Below, in pieces: positions 32,000-44,998 of a stretch of 64,000 nt of DNA. The stretch is from Elsinoe ampelina (taxonomy: Eukaryota). Numbering within the stretch: position 1 is the first letter of the stretch; every line of letters begins with the position of its first letter. The position numbers and the translations under genes are program-made. Location: positions 62,001 to 126,000 of the forward strand of contig ML992508.1 of assembly GCA_010093995.1 (NCBI GenBank), written 5' to 3'. The notes below the pieces were generated by a model, which did not search any database, was not told the DNA's origin, and saw only the letters and a program-made list of their open reading frames with translations.

Positions 32000-33350
32000 A
32001 TGGCTTTATAATCCGCTACAATTAAGGTAGATAGGTCTCTTATTAAGTACTAGTTACTATATAAGTACTATAATTAGCCTAAAGTACTCTAGAGGCTATT
32101 AAGGTATAGTTACACGCTATTACTTAGAACGCTCTAGTATCTCTTATAAGGCTAGTAGCTCTCTATCTATTCTAAGGCACTAGTCGACTCCGAGGCTCTC
32201 TACTATAGTATTAAGAAGCTATTCTAGCTATATATTAGCTAGTAAGAGACACTAGAGGTACTAAAAGAGTAAGGCTTTAATATATCTTTAGGAATACTAA
32301 AGCGCCTATATAAAAGGTTAAGCCTTATCTATTAGATTAATCGAGAAGAGGACAAGGTTAAGTATAAGTAAATATAGTAGCTACTATAAAGTAAATATAA
32401 TACTAGTAATATTAAGAATTAGAGCCTTAGCTACCTTTATACCTATATAAGGTAGAAGTATAGGATTATTAGGAGGTAATATATGTTTATAATACGTTTG
32501 CTAGTTAGTTTACTAACTCTAACCTAGCTAGCGCCTTTACTATGCTATAATTGTAATTAATCCCTTAGCGTTCTAGATTTATAGTAACTAGCGGCCTACT
32601 AGTTATAGCGTATAAGACGTACTAGAGCCGAACTATACCTAGTCGATAGACGCCTATTATAAGCTTAAGAAGTATAGTATTGAGATTTACACTATAATTA
32701 ATAAATTTTTACACTATATTATTTAGGCCTATATAGGCTTCTCAGCAAGAAAGGCTATATTAATTATAAAGTAGTATACTACTATTACTGCCTTATATAG
32801 CTAGATCTCCCTTAAGATCTATATAGATAGAGGAGGCAAGACTATAATAGTCTTATAAGTGTATCTTAATACTTAGTATTAGCTAAGTAGTCTCTTTTTA
32901 GAGGTAAAGAAAGTTTTCTTATTTAGTATAAGTAAGTAGAATTAGTATATTAAATTATAGTAGGCCTAGCTTATAAAGAGTACTACGAACCGCTAGCGAA
33001 GATAGTTTACTAAGCTAAAGAAGTTAAAGTACTAGAAGCGTAATCTTATCGCTTACTAAGTCGCTCTTATAGCTATATATATACCTATCCTTCGTATAGA
33101 GGTATAGTAATTCGTGTATTAATAGAACTATTACTGCCTCTAGAAGTAGCCGAGATAACTATATATAATTATAGAAGTGCTAAGGCTTCTATATTATTAT
33201 CTAGAGGTAGTCGGTGTATAGAACTATACTATTACTATACTACCTAACTAATTTAACAATTTAGACTAGTATACTAGCGAATTTAGTAAGGTATAAGTAC
33301 TAATAGATATTTATAGCTAATTAAGCACTAGATTATAAGCAATATCTACT
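32000..33350 (+). pseudogene. RIP-destroyed IS3EU-type (rve/integrase-core DDE) transposase
   Basis: Frame from 32616 reads DVLEPNYT*SIDAYYKLKKYSIEIYTIINKFLHYII*...IYIDRGGKT...SISK*N*YIKL**A*L...*NYYCL*K*P. Reversing C>T/G>A gives PGPN.WSID.Y.KL..YGIEIY..ID.FSR.I.W, RTDRGGET, GTS..NQRIESWW and WN.HR.RKQ. An intron relic lies at about 32476-32527. Ends are approximate. Confidence 0.8.
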
Positions 33351-33556
33351 CTCTAATACTCTTAATCTCTATATCTTAATTCTCTCCGCTACTAGCCTCT
33401 AGCCTTATAATAGTTAAGTAACTAATGCTTATAGTATTAGACTCTACTAAAGAGCTTATTTTATACTTCGTAATGTACTAATTAAGTACGATTAATAGTA
33501 GCGCTATTCTCTACTATTAGAGTACTAAAAACTAAATAATTCTTAAGGCTATTAAT

Positions 33557-33758
33557 TGTTAAGCGGAAGGCACGTTTAGGGGTAGAGTATTATATAGAAC
33601 TAATCCGTACACTAGTTAGGTAATAGACGAGTTAATTAATTAAGGAGTCTATCTACCGAAAGAAAGAACAGCTATAAATCCCTAAGACTTAGCATTATAT
33701 AACCTATAGTTATATAACCTTCGGGCCTAATTATCTAGAGAGAGCTATATTCTTAACA
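33557..33758 (-). repeat. Copia 3' LTR
   Basis: TGTTAAG...CTTAACA; direct repeat of 38674-38875. Confidence 0.95.
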
Positions 33759-36700
33759 CTTCTACTTAGCTCCTGTAGATAAGCTATTAGGTTAATAATA
33801 AGCTAAGTTACTTTATAAACCTCGTAAAGTTCTAACCTTATAATAGCTTAGTTAACCTATTAGCTACTATGTCTACTATCCTTACAAACTTAACCTATAT
33901 CCTCTAGTCCTTCTATAGCTTCCTAACGTAGTAGTAAGCAACATTAATGTGTTTTGCCCTTTTATAAGTATATAGCTCCTTTATAAGTGAAAGAGCTACC
34001 TAGTTATTACTATTAATCTTAGTAGTAAAGGGTAATCTTATTATTGCTTTCTAAGACTCCTTTATAGTTAGCTTCTAAGGTAATTAACTAACTATCTTAT
34101 AACAGCCTATGTCTCTTAGTAACTAAGATAGGAACTATAATCTCTTTATATAAAAGTATATTACTATATATTTAGCCTCTATAGTAGAGATTAAAACAGA
34201 CTTCTACTTCCTACTTATCTAGCTAATAGAACTACCTACAAGTATAAAGACGTATCTAAGAATAGAGACTCTATCTGTCTTGTCTAAGGCATAGTCTAAA
34301 TTAGAATATCCCTTAAGAATCTTATTACTATTCCTCCTAAACACTATACTAAGATCTTTAGTTAATCTAATATATCTTAATATCTTCTTTATCTTAATAG
34401 CATAGCTGTCTATTAGATCTGCTATGAACTAACTAAGCCTTCCTAAGGTAAAGGTAGTGTCTAGTCTTGTTAGAGTACTAAGGTATATCTAGCTTCTAAT
34501 AGTATATAAGTACTTAGTTCTGCTAAACCTTATATCTTTAGTCTAAGCTCTCTAAGGGAGCTTATTGTCTATTAGCTGCTTTGTTAGAGTAGCCTTATTA
34601 GAGGTTATATTAAGCCTCTATAGTACATTATCTATATAGTAGGTCTAGTTAAGCCTTAAGGTTCCTTATTGTCTGTCCCTTATAACCTTAACCCTAAGAA
34701 CTTTACTAACCTTACTAAGATTCTTAATCTTAAAGATTCTACTAAGCTCTTACTTAAACTACTAGATGTTCTCTTTGCTTTATACTATAAATGGTATGTT
34801 ATTAACATAAACTAAAAGAATAATCTTCTTGTTATAGTATATAAGAAGATAAGAGTCTACTTTGCTCTAAGTAAAGCCTAGCTTTAAAAGCTTAGAGATG
34901 TAGTACTAATTCTAATCTCTAGTAGCTTACTTAAGTCTATATAAGCTCCTAAGAATGCGGAAGGTAATACTAAGTTAGACCTTAAGTCTAGGTAGTAGCC
35001 TTATATAAATTACTTCCCTAAGGAATAATTCTATAAAGGCATTATTAATATCTACCTAATAACATTTAAGGTTAAGTATATACACGATAGTAAAGAATAG
35101 TCTTAGTGTATCTACTCTAACTATTAGTGTAAATGTGTCTTTATAGTTAATGCCGTACTTCTATAAGAAGCCTCTAGTAATAAGTCTAGCCTTAAACTTC
35201 TTAATAGAGCTATCTGTGTTATATTTAACATTAAAGACCTACTTAGATGTTACTAAGTTTAATCCTTTTAGAGGGATAACTTCTTCCTATGTATTATTTA
35301 ATCCTAGAGTATTAAGCTCTATATTAATTACTTCCTGCTACTTGCTTCCCTAAACTAGATTAGTAATAGCCTTATAGTAGTCTCTTAGAATTAGGACATA
35401 TTACTTAATAGAGACTATTATAGTAATCTTATTAACCTTATCTTGCTAATTAATACACTTAGTAATAAATACTCTATAATGCTTTACCTTAGGCTCTTTA
35501 TTATTAGACTCTTTATCTCTTAATCTCTTAAGTAATTAACCTACATAATTAGGTAATATAGATTAAACTATTAGCTCTTCTCTACGTTAGAATTCTATAA
35601 GGTTAATAGGGTTAACCCTTAGGATCTCGATATATAAGAAGATTCTCCCTATAGGCGCTTCTTACTAAATAGGCTAATCTAATTAGTCTACCTTAGGATT
35701 AAGCCGGGCTCGGATCTAGGTTAGTCTACTAATTAGTCTCCTAACTAGTGCTTAATTGCTCGTAGTGCTAATCTTAATACTAAGATTAATATTCCTACCT
35801 TTCTCAAATTTAAAGAACTTAACATTTAGTAATATAATTACTACCTTCCTATTAGGTGCCTATATCTTGTACATCCTGTTAGTTCTATCTATATAGCTAA
35901 GGAATACTCCTACTCTCCCTCTATCTATAAGCTTATCTTTTCTTCTATATATAGGAAGGGACTTTAGGTTTATATAGATATATACCTTATAGCTCTAGAC
36001 TCTAATATAATTAACTAATAGCTTAATACCTATATAGGCCTTAATTAGTATAACTTACTTATTATTGATTATAGGTCTAGTTGCTGTTCTATTCCTTAGA
36101 TATATATCTACCTAAACTGCTTTAGGCTAGAACTTATTTAGTATCTTTAAGTCCTTAAGTATTGCTCTTATACTATTCTCTAAGGTTTAGATGCCTTTCT
36201 CTACTAGTCTATTCTAGATTAAATTATATAGCTTAGTAGTTGTGTAATAGATACCTTCTTAGCGCTTCTACTACTTTAGGATCTTATTAAGCTTACTAGC
36301 ATTATCTAATCTAGTGACCTTAACTTTAGTATTACTTTCCTTCTTAACCCTTAGCTTCTACTTAATAAGCCTCTATAGAGCTTTATCTCTTGTCTTAAGT
36401 AGTATAATCTATATTATTCTTAAATAGCTATCTATAAGCTCTAGGAAGTATCTAAATCCTTCCCTACTTATTTTAAATAGGCTATAGATGTTAGTATAAA
36501 CAAGCTAAAGAACCTCTAGTCTTCTCTATAAAGTTTTACCTCTTTTGTTTCTTATCTTTGTTAAGGAACAGACCTTATATAGGATTAACAAATCATAGTT
36601 TAAATTAATAGGCTTCTTAAGAGTTATAACCTTATAAAGATTCTTAAGCTTCTTAACTCTAAGGTAAGTAAATCTCCTATACTAGAGTTAGTACTCTATG

Positions 36701-38673
36701 TTAGAGTTGTTAGGTCTTAAATTAATAAGATTCTTATATTACTTATCCTAGGTTAGATATATATACTTAGTGTATAATATAATTACTAGCTAAGTAGTAT
36801 AGAATACTATGTCCTAATTAGCTAGATCTAGAATTAAGCCGGGCTTAGATCTAGAATGTAGCTTTTAATTAGCTAACTACTTAAAGAGGAATTAGATAAT
36901 ATATACCCCCCCTCGAATTTTAGCTTTAAGTAGTAGCTGCTTTTATAAACTAAGAACAAGAAAAGAATTTAAATTAAGAACTTTAGAAACTCCTAAATCT
37001 GTATATAGCTTACGATAGGAGACTAAATTAACACTAAGATTAGGTACATAAAGAGCTTATATCTTTATCTTATCTCCCTTCTTAGTCTTAATAATAGTAG
37101 TTTCTATTAACTATAACTAAAGGTAACCCCCCCTAACCTAGATCTATTAAGTGTATATCTTACTTAATAGGCCCCTAAAGAGAGTTAGCCTATCTATTAT
37201 ATAGTTAGATACTCTAGAGTTAAGTATCTACTAATAATGTAGAAGCTTACCTTATACCTCTAATGTAGAGCCTATAGTCTTAAGTTCCTCTTTACCTAAT
37301 AGAACTTTAAGTAGTAGAGTTAAGATTAGAGAGGAAGGTTTAGACTAGCCTTTAGTAGTAGTAAAGGCTTTGCCTTTCTTTAACTTAGATACTGCTTCTA
37401 GTCTATTAACCTTCTTAGTAAGATGCCGAACAAGGGTAATTAGATTATTAGAAGCTAATAGAGATCTTCTCCTCCTTAGTAGGCTCTTAGTAATCCTATA
37501 GGAAGGCTAAACATGCCTCTATACTCTTTAAAGTTAAGGGTATCTAGTTACGGTGTAACTAGCCTATAAGCAGAGAATATATATGTAGCTTATACTTCTA
37601 CTAGGTCCTTAATTTAGTCTCCCCCTAGCAAATATAGCAATCTTATACTTACTAAGGCGTCTCTCTTTCTTCTTAAGAATAAGGAGGACCTTATCTATAT
37701 TAGTTAATCTCCTTACTTTAATTACTTACCTTGTAAACCTATAGTTATTAAGAAGAGAAGAGAGAAGCTACTATAATCTCTCTACTACCCTCTAATAACT
37801 CTTATCTAGGTAGATAATAGTAATCTATCTTCCTAGGCTAGTAAGGTAGAACTAAGCTTTATTAATAGTGTCCTACTTATCTATCTTATAGTTTACAAAT
37901 TGGATAACTAGCTCCCTTACGCTTGCCTTAAGGTTTGTTTTATACTTAGACTTAAGTAATCTCTAATACTCTAATATAAGCTCTTTCTTATATAGTAACT
38001 CTTTGTTATCTTATAAGATACACTAGACAACCTAGTACTTAGTAGTTGTATTAGCCTTTTGCTAGTTCTTTAACTTAATAGGTAGGACTAAAAAGGAGCT
38101 AGAGGTGTCATTAGATAATAGTATTACTAAAGGGGTAGTCTAACTACGAATAGTCTAGAAGGTATCCTTACTTATAAGGTATATTTCTATCTAGTAGAAC
38201 TATTCTCTCTAGTTAAGTCTATTAAGCTTAATAACTAGTCTTCTTAAAGATAAGAACTAATCTTCTATAGTTAGGAATTAAGTTCTCTAAGGAGAAGAGA
38301 ATTAAATAAATAGATAAAGGTTAAGTTTAGTTAATAACCTCTAGTTAATAGTTGTCTATAAGGCTAGCTAGGCCTTAGAGGAAGTTAATAAATCGAATAT
38401 GTTTAGTTAATCTAGCTAATAAATAGTAGCTATAGTAGAACAATTATAGGAGTTAAACCTATGCTAAATAGAAGTACTATTCCTACTTATTGTCCTAAGT
38501 AGTACAATCTTTTACGACTTATAGTATAGTCTACTAGGCTTACTAAAGGTATCTAGATAGTTAACTATAAGGCGGTAGGGATATTATAATTCCGCTTCCG
38601 TTTTGTTTAAGTAGTAGGCTAACTACTATATATATAATTCTATACTTGTGCTATAAGCTCTAGGCTTATAACC

Positions 38674-38875
38674 TATTAAGCGGAAGGCACGTTTAGGGGT
38701 GAAGTATTATATAGAACTAATCCGTACACTAGTTAGGTAATAGACGAGTTAATTAATTAAGGAGTCTATCTACCGAAAGAAAGAATAGCTATAAATCTCT
38801 AAGACTTAGTATTATATAACCTATAGTTATATAACCTTCGGGCCTAATTATCTAGAGAGAGCTATATTCTTAATA
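38674..38875 (-). repeat. Copia 5' LTR
   Basis: TATTAAG...CTTAATA (RIP-altered TG..CA ends); adjacent PBS at 38662-38673. Confidence 0.95.
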
Positions 38876-39049
38876 TTAATTATATATAGAAGTTGCCGAG
38901 CAAATTACAAACGCTAAGTAAATACACTATAAATATTTAACTTATATATATTAAATTCTCTCCTTAAATATACTAGGGCTTTTTTACTTTATTTTCTTTA
39001 TAGTTTTTACTTATTACTACTATATTGTTTATTTCTTACTATTAGTAAC

Positions 39050-41100
39050 ATGCCGCTACCTTCTTAAGTACTATTTTATAAATATAAAGGCTCTAATTAC
39101 GTAGTTAAATATAGATACCTTACTAAGTATCCTATTTACTATAAGACTAATCTAAACTATTAATAAGTAAGTATAGTATTAACGCTAGAAGAGCCTAAGT
39201 ACTAACCTATATAGGCTAGTCTATCTTATAATCTAGCTTATAATCTAGCTTATAATCTAGCTTACGCGCTATCTAGTAGTCTAACTTACGCTCTATCTTA
39301 GGCTAATATAGGCTAACTTATAATTATAGTAGCGAATATAAAGCAATCTATAGCGCTAGCGCTAACTATATACGGTAGTCTCTCGACTAAAGCTAATATA
39401 GTAAGGCGTATAGGATACTAGAAGAGCAAAAAGGCTAAGGGCATAGTAGCGTAATTACTATATATAAGATCTTTACTAGTCTCTTAGCGTTCGTATAAGA
39501 ATTTACTAAACAATTTACCTAATAAAGAAACTCCTAAAGGACTAAAGGCTAAGAAAGAGTAAAGGATTAGACTTTACTTCTACGGCCTAATAATCGAGGT
39601 AAAGTATAAGCTTAAGTATAGTATACCTTATAAGAAGATTGTCTCTTAGCTAGAGCTAACTAAGTAGATAGACTAAATTACGCCGTTAGAGTTTAATACT
39701 AAATTACTAGAGAGTAACTACTAAAGAATGTTCTTCTTATTAAATATAGTCTATAGTTACTACCCCGACCCTACTATCTATAATCTAGAGATAGTAATAC
39801 TACGCTTTATAAAGCGCTATTTCGTACTAATAGAGGATAATAAGGCTATACCTATTACTAATAACGTCTTCTAGTAGCCGAGCATCTTCTAGTAGCCGAG
39901 CATCTAGAAGATGTTAGTTAGCCTCCTATATAAGCTAAAATCGAAGCGTACTACTATCGAGTATCTCCTTTATGTCGTAATTAAATAAGCTAAGGACAAT
40001 AAGTTAAAGTAATAGTAGAAGCGTATAGAGTATCTATAGAGGGAGGTAGAATCTCTAAGTTACGCTATAAATGCTAATCTAAATATAATAATATCTCTAG
40101 CTATAAATACTAAAGTAAATATTAAGGCTAATTCGTAGTATAAAAATCTTTTTATAGAGGACACTAACTTCTCGTTTTTAAATACTTCTAATAATATTAA
40201 TATTAAGCTAGAGCCCTTATTAGTTAATAATAAAATTAAGACTCTAATTAAGGAGCGTATATAGTAAGTTTTAGTAGCTAGAGTAAAGGGGAAAAAGAAG
40301 TAGCCTAGCTAGCTAGTTAATAGTAAGAAGACTATCGACCTTATAGAGTCTTTACTAGCTGTACCTACTACTACTACGCTAGCTCTACTACTAGAGACTC
40401 TACGCTTTAAGCTTTATACTAGAAGTCTTCTTATAAGTATACTAACTAGTATAGTCGGTAGTCTCGAGTTATTAACTATATAGGATAATCTCTTTAATCT
40501 AGATAGTACTACTAAGCCTCTACTACCTTTTAACTTCCCTTAGTAGCTATAGCGTATAGTACTAAGTAAGGAGACTCTTAGTAGGCTAATAAACTTACTA
40601 TATAGCTTACTCTTTAAAGCTAAGTTATTTATAGAAGTAGAGTAAGGGATTAAGACTAAGGTAACTCCTACCTCTAAGAAGTATTAAGAATAGTATAAGA
40701 AAGTTAGTAGGCCTATATAATTATATAAATCTTAAATATATAAGCAAATACGAAGCGATTACTTAATTAAGGCTAGTAAGCGTTAAAAGACTATAATTAA
40801 TCTAATAGACTATACTCTCTATAGTTATACTAGCTATAAGGCTAAAAGGCCTCGTAAGTCTATACTAGAGTTATAGGCTTACCTAAAAGAGTAAGGCGTA
40901 GTTTAATACTCTATATATATACTTCTTCTTACTAATAATTCTCTTCTAGTAAAAAACCTCCTTATAGAGAGGAAGGAGTAAGGAGAGGAAGTAGAGGCCC
41001 TCGTAGTAGTAGAGGCTACTAAGCTATATAAGATATAGACATCTCTAGATTAGGTAGTAGAGTAGAAAGAAGGGATACTAAGGGGTAGAGAGAGAGGAGA
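39050..41100 (+). pseudogene. RIP-destroyed second gene of the IS3EU-like element, product unknown
   Basis: ATG at 39050; intron relics GTAAGT..CTAAC..TAG (39167-39214) and GTAAGG..CTAAT..TAG (40891-40949); codon-like texture. The protein could not be identified. Confidence 0.45.
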
Positions 41101-43212
41101 GAGAAGCTACTATTTAGAGGTACACGAATTAGATAGTATAAGTTAGATAGTATAAGTTAATTAGTATAAGTTAGATAGTGTAAGTTAAATCGCTAGTAGT
41201 TTACTAAGTAATTTATAGTATATATAGTTACAATTTAATATTAACTAGAAGAGGTAGTATAAAGGGAGTATAATTATAGTCTATAAACTCTAGAAGAATA
41301 TATAGGTATTATGTTCGCTACTAGTTTATAGGCCTATTTACAAGTTCTATAATTCTATTCCTTAGCTACTATAACTTAGCCTTAGTAGCGAGCGTATTAT
41401 TCTCTAGCGCCTCTACTCTCTACTTAAGCTCCTTAATGTAGCCTATAGTTACTAGCTTCTAATCCTCTAGCTTCTTCTTTATAAGCTAAGGGGCGCACCC
41501 CTAGTAATAGTAGTAGCGGTAGTATATATATAACTTAGATAGCTTATTAAGGAAGTAAGTACATAGCTTATTTAACTTTATACACTATTTGTAGGTATAT
41601 TTACTAATACCGCCTTCGTCTGTCTCTATAATATAGCTAATAGCGTTATATATACGAAGCGTTATAAAGTTCTTACTATACTTATTACTACTATTCTTAT
41701 AGGTGTTAACAAGCTTAAACTAGTTTAACTTAGAGATATACTAAAATCTAGCTAGATTCTTAGTCTTAGAGCGGCGATATATATATATAATAGAGTAGCT
41801 ATACGAATTAGTAGCGAATACTAGCCTAAGAAGCTATAAAGATATATACGGCCTTAGAGTTACTAGCGGTTTTCTTAGAGGTATTAGAGGCATAGGCATT
41901 ATTATTAATTATAGTATCTAGCGCTTATAGATTGTACTTTCTAAAGTATAAAGTTAGTAGCGAACTAGCTACGAATATGCTATAATATATACTTAGTAGG
42001 GGTTACTTTAGTAGTATTAGCTATAGTAAATATTTAATTAAATTTAACAGAGTTATAATAGTATAGTAGGGGTCTAATTAAACTATATAGTAACTATAAG
42101 CTTATATATATTAGAGCTGCCATTATTGTTGCTAGTTTAAATAGTAACAATAGTAATAATAGTAACAATATAAAGACCTAACTAAAAGCGGTAAGGAATA
42201 ATAAACACCTACCGGATTAAGTCTTATTCTTAGTAGCTTAAATAGAAAATAATAGAGATCTATTCTAATAGTATTTATAGTGTAGTCGCCGCTGTACTTA
42301 CATGATGTAGGCAATATAAAGGTGTTAGAGGTAGGAGTACTAGCGGAGTGCTAAGCACCTTGCCGCCTAGCCGCTATAACTTACACTAATTACGCTAGCA
42401 CTAAAAACAGCTTAAAAAAGATACTCGAAGTTAGAGGATGATAGAATAGATGAATCTAATCAGTTTAATGTTAATTGTATACTAATATTGACAGAATTAA
42501 GGGAGTTAAAGGCCTCCAAACTTTGGTGATTTGGGGTTTTAAGTGTTTTGATGGTTTTGACGGTTTTGGCGGAAGCTACCGTATGCACGACCGTCTTCAC
42601 ATGCCATTTGCTGTCTCGGGAAAAGTGGCCGCAGATAAGCTTTCACACCAACAACAAGAGGAGAAGAGGAAGAGCAGCCTCACCCGTGGGAGATCATGTT
42701 CCACTGGTTCAGTGCTCCATGATCTGTGCAGGTGCATGTTGATGTTCGGGCTGTGTGACTTTTTTGATGTCCAAACCACTTCTCCAGCTTGCGACGCCTT
42801 CCGAAACGTCTATCCCCAACTTTCCTCGGATATCGAACCTCGTGTTTACGACAAGCTTGATCAGCTTGACAAGCTCTCCCCGTCCCACGCTTCTACAGAA
42901 CTAAACAGACACATCACGTCCAGCTCCGGCCAATCACTTGTCCTACAGCCAGTAGCTCCGAGTCCGCAGGTCGGCCCCAGTCCAGGCCGCCATCTGACGC
43001 AGATCAACATCAGCGCAATTACTTACTACCAAGTACGCGCATTTACCTTTACCACTTGTACACGAGCTATTGCGACAGACCCATACCGCACGAGCGCTCG
43101 CGATTGTACATCACCAACGACGAGCTACACAGCGACCAGTAGCTAGAGCTTGCAACTCCGCGAGCGCTGCGCCCATGCGGCCTACACATGAACGGCAGCC
43201 CCGAGGCTCAGT

Positions 43213-44485
43213 ATGACAACAGCTGCCTTTGTGAGGGTCTCTGGTCCTCCGAATAGCAATTTCCTTGTCGGATATCCCGGTATATCAGCCACCTTGGTAA
43301 GCGCTCTCATCCCTTCGTCTCCGCTCTTCATGCGATCCCAAACTAACCACAGCACAGCCTCGAATTGTTGGTCGAGTCGAAGTACGTCCTGCGCAAGGTA
43401 TCTCAGCTCCAGTACTGGTCTCCCTCGTCACAGTATGTCTTCAGCGACGCGAATCGATACATCCTGCCGCCGAGCGGACCATACGGGGCACACTCGGAGC
43501 GCCTCGAAAGGAGATTACAGACATTGTAGGCAAAGAGATGCTCCTATACAGGTCGCCAGTGGGTCGCGAGTCAGAGGCAATACTGTCCATGGATCTGCCT
43601 TTTGTGATCTTCATCCCATATGGTCGCGGTGGAGAAGAGGTCGCCCGACGAGTACCGCCGGCGAGCATGCAGCTCGACAAGCGAACGGCCGAGACATACT
43701 ACGAGATTGTCGTGACGGTACAACACGGTCATAGCCAGCAGCAGAAGCATTACTTCCCAGTTCCGATATCGCGGTACGACACTTTATCAACCTTTGGCAT
43801 GTACAACCGCCCCGAGTCTGCCGAGATGGTCGCAGACCACATTGTGACTCTCGGTATTTCTCTTCCTCGCTGGTCTTATGGTCCCCTCGATCCAGTGAGC
43901 GTCTACATCAAGCTCTCTCCGAATCCGGACTGGCTGCATAAGGCTAAGCGTGTCACAATCCAGAAGATTACAGTCGGCATTGACGAGGATATTATCTACA
44001 ACCACGAAGGTGACGAACCCACGAAACGGACAAAGACACTGGCGAAGCACACTCAACTTGTCGGTGTCAAGCTCCCAGAGGCTGGCTACTTCACCAATCT
44101 GGGCCTAGTCTTTCCCTCGAAAGAAACGCGAGATAACGAAGGCATTCTTCCCCGAGGCAAGCGCGAGTTTCCTATGGTTGGTGTCGCAGGCTTCACCACG
44201 ACCGCGACCTTATACAAAATCGAGTATTATCTCACCGTGAAGGCACAACTTTCTTCAGCCAAGGATATCTTACTCCGGCAGCCGATCGTGGTCTGTCCTT
44301 TTGACCACGCGGGCTGTAAAGAGGAGATGGACGCCATCGAGCAGGCGGCGAAAGACGCGAGTTATGTGAGCCAGGATAATCCGAGCTTACCGGCACCAAC
44401 GGTGGTGAGGCAGAACGACCATGATGCTTTGAGAAGTTTGGGGATGAGTATGGTTGGTGGGACCAGGAAGCCGCTGATTGAGTGA
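43213..44485 (+). CDS. Conserved fungal protein, arrestin-like fold suspected, 1 intron
   Basis: Spliced start MTTAAFVRVSGPPNSNFLVGYPGISATL|PRIVGRVEVRP; 'MDLPFVIFIP', 'PRWSYGPLDPV' and 'LYKIEYYLTVKA'. Confidence 0.8.
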
Positions 44486-44998
44486 GAGAAGTGATTTGTT
44501 GGGAATACGAAGAGAGAATCGGATCAAGTCCACCAGAACGATCGACTGATCGGATCACTCGACTGGATCCGGCCGTGATGGGATGAGATGCATAGCATCA
44601 GCAGCATATCCCCCCGTCACGCAGAGGAGCGCCTTCACAACGAGTTCAACACAGGAACTTCCACAGAGGAGCTGGACATTCCTCGTCGGTCTAGGAAGAT
44701 GGCAGCTGCTTAAGAAGGATGAAGAGATTTGCAGTGATCAGAGGAGTGCACGAGGAAGCAGATGTCAGGAGGACCAGGCCAGCACGGCCGAGCTGAAGCC
44801 GCAGCTGGAGATTATGCGGAGCGGGTCCTCCACATTACTGGAACCGGACTGATAGGATCCATCGACTGCCGAAGTGTATGGCGGTGACAGGCAGCAAAGA
44901 CGTGTAGAATATTGGGCAAAGCATGTCCCACACGGCCCATGAGTAATGCTATGTACAGATCTCCTTTCATCATTCCGTCGTCCTTCCCTCATGCTGCC

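Larger units (their letters stand above)
33557..38875 (-). mobile_element. Full-length RIP-mutated Ty1/Copia LTR retrotransposon (5319 bp) nested in the DNA transposon
   Basis: 202-bp LTRs; TTAAT TSD at 33552-33556 and 38876-38880; PBS GGTTATAAGCCT (RIP form of GGTTATGAGCCC). Minus-strand RT motifs KARLITRGF.*KYGINYKDTF (about 35140-35200), LYRLK*A.RD*N (about 34910-34945) and LVYVNN (YVDD, about 34800). Confidence 0.93.
31700..42583 (+). mobile_element. RIP-inactivated IS3EU-like DNA transposon with TIRs (about 5.56 kb without the nested Copia)
   Basis: Inverted termini TACGGTAGCTTCCGCCAAAACCGTCAAAACC at 31700 and its reverse complement ending at 42583. TGCA flanks both sides (31696-31699 and 42584-42587). 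The interior is TpA-rich and contains a degenerate integrase-core transposase. Confidence 0.85.

Noticed and set aside
35150..35353. 67-aa hydrophobic ORF in the AT-rich island
   Set aside because: It is antisense to the RIP-mutated Copia reverse transcriptase.
31800..42480. AT-rich island as mitochondrial insertion, centromere or horizontal transfer
   Set aside because: It is fully explained by two TEs with RIP-type stops at Trp/Gln codons and defined termini.
42475..43146. 223-aa ORF
   Set aside because: It straddles the TIR-host junction and has no motif or coding character; probably a chance ORF.
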